Below are positions 55,556-62,939 of a stretch of 62,939 nt of DNA, in pieces. The position numbers and the translations under genes are program-made. The notes under the pieces were generated by a model. It was not told where the DNA came from. It saw only the letters and a list, made by a program, of their open reading frames with translations, and made no database searches. The stretch is from a virus (Duplodnaviria > Caudoviricetes), in the IMG/VR virus record IMGVR_UViG_3300005573_000097, positions 1 through 62,939 of that record; one strand, written 5' to 3'. The stretch's first letter is position 1, and each line of letters starts with the position of its first letter.

Positions 55556-56355
55556 ATATCTATGCTTTTGCACTTTTGAAGGCCGAAAAACTCCTACCAT
55601 CTAAGGAGGCAAAATTACATTCTTCCCCAGTTTTTGGTGCAAACAATTTTTTGTATTTTCAAGGCTTCATATTGGCCTTGGAATGTCTGCAGTTGAGAGA
55701 GATTCAGTATCAGTGGAATATGAAGTAAATCCAGAGCAAAGTCCTGATCGGGGAAAAGACAGTCTCCTGATATATGGAGCTTGTTTCCTCTCTGGTTTCC
55801 AAGGGAAGCGATCTCACTGGTTTGCAGAGCTTTGAGTTAAGTCCACAGGATTGATCTTCTGTGATCTGTCCTCAGCTTTATCAAATGCTTGATGGTCTTC
55901 CTTTTTGAGTAGTAGCTTACTTTGTTAAGGCTCCTTTCATAGCTTTCTTTGCGCATTCATACGCTGGAACGCAGTCGATCCATAATCAGAACTACCTGGC
56001 AAGAAATAACATAAATCTGTTTCCCATTCAAGAGATTACTATCTTTGGCAAACCTCATATTGTTACCAGAGATCTGTTCAGAAGGTTACCAAAAAATCCA
56101 TCATTTAGTTCTCTACCGATCTCTCGGCCTGCCAGATCTATTTTCTCAGGTTCTTCCTGGAATTGAGTATCTGAAGCAGTACTTTGGCTTCACGGACAGT
56201 TTCTTGGCTATGATTAGCTTCGTAGATCTGGCTCTGAGAGGGTTTTTCAAAGTTTTGCTGCAAACTTCCCTCTGGAGATTATTCGCTTGTAACTCATTTA
56301 TTAGAGATACATTATTCATCCTATGCTTTTACCCAACCAGCAAAAGTATAGTTAT
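55556..56355. other. ~800-nt ORF-poor element with terminal inverted repeats (large ncRNA or MITE-like)
   Basis: CTATGCTTTTGC(55560-71) pairs with GCAAAAGTATAG(56340-51); many internal stems. Confidence 0.5.
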
Positions 56356-56365
56356 TCCTTCTCAA

Positions 56366-57034
56366 TTAATGTAATTCCTGACTGAGAGATATTCCATAAT
56401 TTAAAATTTTTATGTACATCTCCTTTCTGGCGATACCAGAATCACCAGCATGGGATATGGTATCGTAGACTACGGCTGCTGCTGCATCATCGACTGCAGC
56501 TTTGGCGACATTAGCTGCGTCATCAGTTGTAGTTATGGCATGGACAGCCGCAGCAGTAGCTGCGATATAGGCAGCTGTGGCAGTGGCTACAGCTGCAGGA
56601 TAAGTAACCGTAGACAAGGCATCATAGGCTGCAGTATCAGCAGCATCAGCTGCAGCCTGAGCAGACTTGAATGCAGTATCGGCATCAACTGCAGCATGAA
56701 TAGACTGGAATGCATTATAGGCTGCACTATGGTGGGATGCTGTAGGTAAATCAATTAAACGCTTCTTCATAGCTTCGATAGCCAGTCCTAGTCTATTCTC
56801 CTGATACTTTTTTTCATGAAGATTCAAAGCTAATTCAGCTGAGAAAATTGCATATTTAACAATTTCCTCTTTATTTAAAACTCTTGACAATAACCAGTTA
56901 GCCCATTGAAATTTCTCTTCTCCTATGAGCTTGTTAATGATGATCTCCAGATCATCATCTTGTTGATGAATAAACCAATCGATTACTTTTTTATCTGCAT
57001 GATTAGACTTCAAGAATTTAAGAGTTATCTTCAT
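56366..57034 (-). CDS. Ala-rich paralog 2
   Basis: Same architecture. Confidence 0.8.
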   Translation of the reverse strand: MKITLKFLKSNHADKKVIDWFIHQQDDDLEIIINKLIGEEKFQWANWLLSRVLNKEEIVKYAIFSAELALNLHEKKYQENRLGLAIEAMKKRLIDLPTASHHSAAYNAFQSIHAAVDADTAFKSAQAAADAADTAAYDALSTVTYPAAVATATAAYIAATAAAVHAITTTDDAANVAKAAVDDAAAAVVYDTISHAGDSGIARKEMYIKILNYGISLSQELH

Positions 57035-57040
57035 AGTCTG

Positions 57041-57685
57041 TTACTCCTTTTCTATTAATGAGATTCCGTAATTCAAAATTCTTATGTACATATCTCTTCT
57101 TGTGATACTAGCATCGCCGTTATGGGACATGGCATCGTAGACTGCAGCATTAACTGCGTCGTCGACTGCGACTGCGGCATAAGATGCAGCATAGGTGGCT
57201 GTAGTTGTGGCTGTGGCATAGGTAGCTGCTGCTGCGGCTCTGACATAAGCAGCTGTGGCTATGGCTACAGCTGTGGGATAGTTAGTCGTAGAAATGGCAT
57301 CGTAGACGGCAGTATCAGCATCACTGACTGCAGCCTGGGCAGCTGTGACTATGGCTGCTGCTGCAGCATAATCGGCAGACAAATTAATTGAATATTTTTT
57401 TGCCACCTCAAGAGTCGATCTTGGCTTATCGTTTTGATACTTTTCTTTACAAAGATCAAGAACCAACTCTGCTGAGAAAATTGCATACTTAACAAGTTTC
57501 TCTTTATTCAGAATCCTCGAAATTAGCCAATTAGCCCACTGAAATTTTCCTTCTTCAATGAGCTTATGGATGATGATTTCCAAATCATCATCTTGTTGAG
57601 AGACAAACCAATTAATTTCTTCTTTGCCTGCATGATTCGATTTTAGGAAATTGAGTGTAACTTTCATGATTTTTCTCCTTTTCAA
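57041..57685 (-). CDS. Ala-rich paralog 1
   Basis: Same architecture; the true start is probably MKVTL after AAGGAG. Confidence 0.8.
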   Translation of the reverse strand: MKRRKIMKVTLNFLKSNHAGKEEINWFVSQQDDDLEIIIHKLIEEGKFQWANWLISRILNKEKLVKYAIFSAELVLDLCKEKYQNDKPRSTLEVAKKYSINLSADYAAAAAIVTAAQAAVSDADTAVYDAISTTNYPTAVAIATAAYVRAAAAATYATATTTATYAASYAAVAVDDAVNAAVYDAMSHNGDASITRRDMYIRILNYGISLIEKE

Positions 57686-57817
57686 TTAATGTTGCTTTTA
57701 TGAATGTCATTCCATTTTGAGTAGAAATAGCTCTTCATTTAGATTTAATATGTAATCAAAATGTTGTCATTTACTACTGTGTTATCGTTTATCGTTTTTC
57801 GTTTATCGTTATTATTT

Positions 57818-58153
57818 TCATATTTCTTCCTTGTCCTCTCTTTCATTTATTCTTAACTGTATTTCCATGAGCATCTGCATCATGGTATCAATTCTCCCTT
57901 CTATGCCATCAATCCTTTGGTTGAGATGCCGAAAATCTTCTTCCTGATTACTTTTGATTCTTGCTATATCTGCTTTTATTTCTCCTGTTCGATCCTCTAT
58001 TGCCTCGTAGATTACTTCCAGAGATACTTCTTCCGTATCCCCTCGAAATTCATTCAGATTCAGATTCAGCGGATTGAACTTTTCGATCGTCGTCAAAATA
58101 TGGATATTTTTAAGGTATAAATTACTACCAGAGTATTCTCTTATTTGTGGCAT
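57818..58153 (-). CDS. coiled-coil hypothetical protein
   Basis: LNQRIDGIEGRID heptads. Confidence 0.55.
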   Translation of the reverse strand: MPQIREYSGSNLYLKNIHILTTIEKFNPLNLNLNEFRGDTEEVSLEVIYEAIEDRTGEIKADIARIKSNQEEDFRHLNQRIDGIEGRIDTMMQMLMEIQLRINEREDKEEI

Positions 58154-58200
58154 ATTTTCCCTTTCATGGTATACATTTGATTAAATTTTTACACCAAAAG

Positions 58201-58230
58201 ATCCCTGGCAGACAGTGCCTGCCAGGGATT
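58201..58230 (-). terminator. rho-independent terminator
   Basis: ATCCCTGGCAG...CTGCCAGGGAT followed by CTTTT on the minus strand. Confidence 0.8.
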
Positions 58231-58247
58231 CCTCAAAAAAGATGGCA

Positions 58248-58559
58248 TTAAGCCTTTGCGATTCGATCCGCAAAGTATTGCTCTGCTATCTCAGGGAAAT
58301 TGCGTTCAGAAAGCCACTCAAAGGCTTCCCCATCCGTGAGGGAATAGATATCTTTTCCTCCAGAATACATAGATCCACAATGGGTGGCATATATGGACAT
58401 TGCGCCACCTTCTCCGTAGAGAAACCATCTACCACCCTTTGTTCGATAAAGGGTTTGGGAACAATACTTGAAGTTCCCTTCAGGGTATCCATTGTTCCAC
58501 GTGGTGATTGTTTCAGCTGTGTTGGTATCGTATATTTTATTATCAATAATCTTCTTCAT
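58248..58559 (-). CDS. hypothetical protein, paralog A
   Basis: MKKIID.K.YDT.TAE...LYRTK.GRWFLYGEGG. Confidence 0.8.
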   Translation of the reverse strand: MKKIIDNKIYDTNTAETITTWNNGYPEGNFKYCSQTLYRTKGGRWFLYGEGGAMSIYATHCGSMYSGGKDIYSLTDGEAFEWLSERNFPEIAEQYFADRIAKA

Positions 58560-58611
58560 GGCTTTTTCTCCTTTTGCTGTTTTTTAAGGTTATCTTGTCT
58601 GAAAAATTTTA

Positions 58612-58923
58612 TTAAGCTACCCTGATCCTATCAGGGAAGTATTGTTGTACTTCGTCTACAAAATTTCGCTTTGTTAGCCACACAAATGCCTCCCCATCAG
58701 TGAAGGCGAAAACATCTCTTCCTCCGCAGGGAATAGATTCATGGATTGTTCCATATATGGAGAGGTAACCTCCCTCTCCATAGAGAAACCATCTTCCTTC
58801 ATTTGTTCGATACAACTTTTGCAGGCAGTGCCGGATATCCTCTTTCGGATATCCATTCCACCAGGTTACGAGTACTTCGGCCGTATCTGTATCGTACACT
58901 TTATAATCGACGATTTTTTTCAT
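58612..58923 (-). CDS. hypothetical protein, paralog B
   Basis: Same length (103 aa) and motifs as 58248..58559. Confidence 0.8.
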   Translation of the reverse strand: MKKIVDYKVYDTDTAEVLVTWWNGYPKEDIRHCLQKLYRTNEGRWFLYGEGGYLSIYGTIHESIPCGGRDVFAFTDGEAFVWLTKRNFVDEVQQYFPDRIRVA

Positions 58924-59009
58924 GACTATTCTCCTTTTTAATTTCTGATTTGATTTTTCTATTATAGTTACTTCGACTTGGTTGATACTATTCCTTTTGG
59001 CGTGATAAC

Positions 59010-59339
59010 TTATGCAGTGAATATGACCTCTTCATATTTCAGAAGAGATGAACGCCATGTTTGTATTTCATGTATACGGCGCATGATGTCATCGCGTATT
59101 TCTTCTAATTTTCCTGTGACTAAATCCACGGTATTTCCCCAATCGAACTTTTTCAATTGGTCTCCCCAGACTAGGGTCGGCATCTTATCAAAGATTGTTC
59201 CATTCCAGGAATCAACCTGGCATAATTTTTGCCCGAATGTGAATTTATCACATTCCTCCCCATCTACAAAAAGCAGAATTGTATTTTTTCCGTCTTCCTT
59301 GATAGAACGTATGATCTTAACTTCGTGATTCTTGTCCAT
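59010..59339 (-). CDS. hypothetical protein
   Basis: AAGGAG RBS. Confidence 0.65.
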   Translation of the reverse strand: MDKNHEVKIIRSIKEDGKNTILLFVDGEECDKFTFGQKLCQVDSWNGTIFDKMPTLVWGDQLKKFDWGNTVDLVTGKLEEIRDDIMRRIHEIQTWRSSLLKYEEVIFTA

Positions 59340-59509
59340 TTTTTCTCCTTCATAATTTCCCTCTTGTTTTTCTTGAGACGAGGAGTGGAGGGCATCTCCA
59401 TCATCTCCATCACATATTCGGTTGATACTGTTTATGGTAATTTTAACATTTTATCAAGCTTTTGTGGTTAATGACTAAATAATGTTTTTAATTTATGATT
59501 GTTTGACTC

Positions 59510-59989
59510 CTAGAGAGATTTCAAGGCCGATTCTATAATCAGCCTTTCTTTTGGTGAGAGAGAGGAAAGATAAAGTTCCACCGGAGATTTCCCTTTCTTT
59601 GATTTTTGTGAATCAGCGGTAATCGACTTAATATGTTTTATCTTATTTTCTGCTGCTGCCCTATCAAGAAGGGCTTTCTTTAATGTAGTGAAAATCATGT
59701 TACAGGGAATAAATAAGAAGCAACTTTGACATTTGGGATTTCCTGAATTATAGGAAATCCCCAGACAGGACGGTCTGAGATTGAGAAATTGATATTCTGA
59801 GAATTCTTCGGTTACTGAAGAATTTTGATCAGAAAATAACAATTTCTTTGGAGTGGAGATAATTTTTTCCACTCCTTTTTTATGGTCGATTGATTGAGAA
59901 ACGATTTCTGAATCTTTCAAAATTTCTTTTTTGGAATCGGAAGGAAGTGGATCTTTCCTTCCCTTAAAGGGAGGAATTATCGTTGACAT
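59510..59989 (-). CDS. hypothetical protein with a 4-Cys cluster
   Basis: Start moved to MSTIIPP after AAGGAG; SCLG...CQSC....C. Confidence 0.6.
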   Translation of the reverse strand: MSTIIPPFKGRKDPLPSDSKKEILKDSEIVSQSIDHKKGVEKIISTPKKLLFSDQNSSVTEEFSEYQFLNLRPSCLGISYNSGNPKCQSCFLFIPCNMIFTTLKKALLDRAAAENKIKHIKSITADSQKSKKGKSPVELYLSSLSPKERLIIESALKSL

Positions 59990-60064
59990 ATCGATTCTCC
60001 TTAAGCTTATCTTTTTGTAGTGTAAAGTTTCCAAAAAGGTTCGGTCTTTTTTTTCTATGCTAAT

Positions 60065-60094
60065 ATGGTACCACTTCTTTGCCGGCAAAGTCAA
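60065..60094 (-). promoter_or_regulatory. leftward promoter with a palindromic operator candidate in the spacer
   Basis: TTGACT, 18 bp spacer ending TGG, TACCAT; TTTGCCGGCAAA at 60078-60089. Confidence 0.5.
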
Positions 60095-60321
60095 GAAAAA
60101 AATTCGGAAAAAGTTTCGGAAAAAAGTTTGGGTTGGTTCTTTGGGTCTTCGGTTCTTCGGTTCTTTGGTTCTTTGGCTTTTTTGGCTATAAATCCCTTAC
60201 TAATGTGGGTTGCTTTGTCTCTTGTGAAGAACTAAGGCTTTTACTTTGGTGGTCTTAAATTGATTCTCTAACTTGTTGTTTTATTTGATTTATTTAATGG
60301 TTTGGTTTGTTTTTGAAAGGA

Positions 60322-60358
60322 AAGACGGGATACTTAGCTTAAATTTGTATCCCGTCTT
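60322..60358 (-). terminator. hairpin terminator after the RHH gene
   Basis: AAGACGGGATAC...GTATCCCGTCTT. Confidence 0.7.
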
Positions 60359-60366
60359 GATATTTC

Positions 60367-60525
60367 TTATTTTTCCTCCTCAATAATTCTATCTTCCTCC
60401 TCTTCATATTTTTTGAAAAAATCATCTACAATGTCATTTATGAACTTCTTTATTGTGATTCTGTTTGTTGCTGTGTAGATTTTAAGTTTGTCATGCAAAT
60501 TTTTGTTAAGATCGACGAATAACAT
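60367..60525 (-). CDS. 52-aa ribbon-helix-helix-like protein (not in the ORF track)
   Basis: AGGAGG RBS; MLFVDLNKNLHDKLKIYTATNRITIKKFINDIVDDFF; has its own promoter and terminator. Confidence 0.7.
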   Translation of the reverse strand: MLFVDLNKNLHDKLKIYTATNRITIKKFINDIVDDFFKKYEEEEDRIIEEEK

Positions 60526-60571
60526 AGTATCCTCCTTTTGATTTATGGATTAACACAAGATTAATTTGGAC

Positions 60572-60600
60572 AATATAGCATACTTTTCGAAATATGTAAA
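60572..60600 (-). promoter_or_regulatory. promoter of the RHH gene
   Basis: TTTACA, 17 bp spacer ending TGC, TATATT. Confidence 0.6.
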
Positions 60601-60640
60601 TAAATAATTTTGGGATTGAGGTAAGTTGCTGATTAGACTG

Positions 60641-60810
60641 GGTTTCTTATTTTCTTCAATAATTTTATCTTTTTTCGAGATTTTTAGTGTAATACTATAA
60701 TATTGAGTAAATTTTAAGTTTGTTACGCAAATTTTTATTAAAATCGACTAATAGTATAGTGTAATTTCTCCTTTTTAATTTATGGTTTATTATAAGAATA
60801 ACTTGAAAAA
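60641..60810 (-). pseudogene. degenerate duplicate of the RHH gene and its upstream region
   Basis: Reads ILLVDFNKNLRNKLKIYSIL*; ATG lost; RBS and flanks resemble 60360..60570. Confidence 0.7.
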
Positions 60811-60839
60811 CTTGTTGGATAAAAAATTCCTCGTTAAAA

Positions 60840-62020
60840 CTCGACTTCGCTTGTAACTCATTGTTTTTATTTAGATTTTTTGAGTTTTTTGCTTTGTAAA
60901 AATAGCGAAGTAAATGAGAATGAAAAATGAACTTCGCTTCTAAGTCTTTGTAATTTCTAGTTTTATTCCGTTTTGTTAAAGTTTGTATTTTCTAAAAAAG
61001 AAATTCTATCGAGAAATTAAGGGTTTGATTTTTCAAGCGAAAATGGCTATGAAAGTTAGCGAAGGAGAAAAGGTCGTCTGAAAGGTGAACTTTAATAAAT
61101 ATTCTAGTATAGTATATTTATATTATATATATTATATATATTATATATATTATATATATATTATATATATAATATATATAATATAAAGTAATATGTGTAT
61201 GTAAAATTATATAAAAAATTTGTACACCACAAGAGAGGGGGGCTTTTTTAGGTAGTTTCTTCTTCGCTTCGATTGTGCTAAATCATTGATTTTGTTAAAA
61301 GTCGTTTTTTCAACCTCTAATAAAATCAATGAGTTATGCCCACCTTTTCTTTATGAGAGTTACAACAATAAAATCAATAGGTTGTTGGCCATATAGCATT
61401 TTTGAGAAAATTCCCGAAAAGTTTTTTTCTTGATATGTTTCTTCAATAAAATCAAAAAATTAATTGCGAAGATGAATTTTTTGACGTCTCTACTTCGCTA
61501 TTTAGCAAGACTAACATTTCCTCGGAAAATCAAAGATTTTGTTGCGAAGACGATTTTTTTCAGCCCTTTTTTTAGCACAGTATTGACCTGTATCTCTTTG
61601 TATGTTATGATATTTTTACTTACTTTTTTTTAAGGATTTTCAATAAAAACAAATACTTAGAAGAAAAGGAGATAAATTATGTTTTACAAAAGTAACTAAT
61701 TTCTCAATATTTTCAATGGTTTGGGAGCGAAGTTTAATTTTTAGACTTAATTATTTAATAATTTTTTTTGTGAGTTACTTTTTTTTAATTTGGCAAAAGT
61801 ACTTAAACCTTTGAAAAATATAACGTTTTAAAATGACTCCGCTTCTAATTTGTTGTTTTTATTGAACTAAAGTTATCTTTAAAAAGTTTGAGGCAAAGAT
61901 TTTTTCAGTAAATTAGGAATTTTGCCGAATAATTCAGTATGCAAGATTTGTGCCAAACTTAACTTATTGATTTTGTTGGTTAAAAAGTAACTTCGCTTAC
62001 AACCTATTGTTTTTATTAAC
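60840..62020. other. putative replication origin
   Basis: 10 CTTCGC/GCGAAG hexamers, 5 perfect WATCAANNNNTTR sites, A/T-only tract 61113-61187, no credible ORF. Confidence 0.6.
61583..61611 (+). promoter_or_regulatory. rightward sigma70-type promoter
   Basis: TTGACC, 17 bp spacer ending TGT, TATGAT. Confidence 0.6.
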
Positions 62021-62050
62021 CTTTAATTAATTTAAGAAAGGAGTAAAGTT

Positions 62051-62743
62051 TTGAAAAAAAGAACAGAATTACAGGAACTTCTATACATTTATGGCGATTC
62101 TACTTGCTTATCTCTCATAAATCTCTCTTATAAAAAGAAGTTTTTCAAATCTATGGAGACCGCAAGATCGGAAATATCCGCAAAATATTGTGAAATCTTG
62201 ATTAAGAAGGGTATCCATCGATTGAAAAAACTCAATTTAAACAATAGAATTGCAGATGCAAGAAAACATGGAACAAATCTCATCTATAGAGACTTAGATT
62301 CAGCTATAAAAGAACTTGGAGAAACTCTTGTTCTTGATATGCTAAATCATAATCTTAGATATCGATTTGAACAAAATATTCCTCTTTTTAAACTTTGTGA
62401 AACAACAGATAGAGATTTAATTATTGCAGAGGAGAACTGGATAAAAATGAAATATGAAAAACAATGGAAGTCAAGAATTGATAAAGAAGGTTTCTCCTTC
62501 TCCTATCCTTCGGATAGGGGAGTTCTTCCTAGAAGAGAATTAACATCTTTGGAAAGGAGAGATGAGGAATTTCAAAGAGAATGTAGGAAGAGACAACGAG
62601 AAAAATCTCTTGATAATTATGATCCAGATGCTGACCAACCAGAAGTCATTAAGTTGGAAAGTCTCAATGAGAGAAAATTGAAAAATCTGGAAATTCAACA
62701 TGAGGATTCAGAGAAATCAGAGAAAGATGAAAATCTCAAATAA
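62051..62743 (+). CDS. hypothetical protein with two copies of the motif shared with 45492..45770
   Basis: AAGGAG RBS, TTG start; YGDSTCLSLIN and LGETLVLDMLN. Confidence 0.7.
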   Translation: MKKRTELQELLYIYGDSTCLSLINLSYKKKFFKSMETARSEISAKYCEILIKKGIHRLKKLNLNNRIADARKHGTNLIYRDLDSAIKELGETLVLDMLNHNLRYRFEQNIPLFKLCETTDRDLIIAEENWIKMKYEKQWKSRIDKEGFSFSYPSDRGVLPRRELTSLERRDEEFQRECRKRQREKSLDNYDPDADQPEVIKLESLNERKLKNLEIQHEDSEKSEKDENLK

Positions 62744-62939
62744 GAATCAAATGAGCTGTATGATCTTAAATGGGATTCTCAATCGGATTTTCTTTTCTAT
62801 AGATTTGGGCATCTTCTAATTAAGAGATATTTAGATTTCCATATCAGGAAATTCCATGAAGTAAAGAATAGTTAAAGAGTTATGATGGGAGATAAGAGAA
62901 AAAGTTTAAGATTTCTTATCAAACTTAAACTTTTCTTAT

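Noticed and set aside
55556-56355. Group I/II intron, or the ORFs 55480..55728 and 56045..56374 as genes
   Set aside because: No recognisable catalytic core motifs; the ORFs are antisense to the operon, lack an RBS and have no protein-like motifs
54409-57391. Alternative-frame ORFs (54409, 54500, 56450, 57122) rich in Met/Pro or Cys/Ser/Gly
   Set aside because: Shadow frames of the GCN-rich Ala tracts
54353-57685. Diversity-generating retroelement acting on the Ala-rich genes or the LRR
   Set aside because: No reverse transcriptase in the window, and differences between copies are not confined to adenines
61430-61633. 67-aa ORF in the origin region
   Set aside because: No RBS; overlaps repeat motifs and a promoter
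1-62939. Terminal direct repeats or att sites
   Set aside because: No matching sequence was seen between the two window ends by eye

Overview
Apparently complete or near-complete ~63 kb AT-rich tailed dsDNA phage genome with a siphovirus-type, non-contractile tail. No integrase, tRNA, CRISPR array or reverse transcriptase was found. The + strand arm (1.6-30.9 kb) carries packaging, head, tail and lysis genes. It is interrupted by a helicase-less NrS-1-type prim-pol and by sugar-modifying genes: a SAM methyltransferase, a GT-A-like protein, a DegT aminotransferase, a polysaccharide deacetylase and a GT9-GT2 fusion. It also has an LRR protein. The - strand arm (30.9-60.5 kb) carries replication and nucleotide genes (UDG-PolA fusion, helicase, RNase H, DnaQ-like exonuclease, ParB-methylase, SSB, Sak4-like ATPase, PD-(D/E)XK nuclease, LigA, DHH, ThyX) and many small early genes. 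A probable origin lies at 60.8-62.0 kb, with iteron-like hexamers, IHF-consensus sites and an AT-only tract. The most notable observations are: (1) a signal-peptide protein whose C-terminus resembles the tail-fibre tip domain, a possible receptor-masking exclusion system; (2) a probable virion glycosylation pathway embedded among head and tail genes; (3) an ~800-nt structured element with paired ends inside a four-gene Ala-rich paralog array; (4) a GC-rich ~180-nt structured RNA candidate; (5) a three-copy CGCG-(TTTGTC)n element next to the prim-pol. All calls come from reading motifs by eye; no database searches were run.
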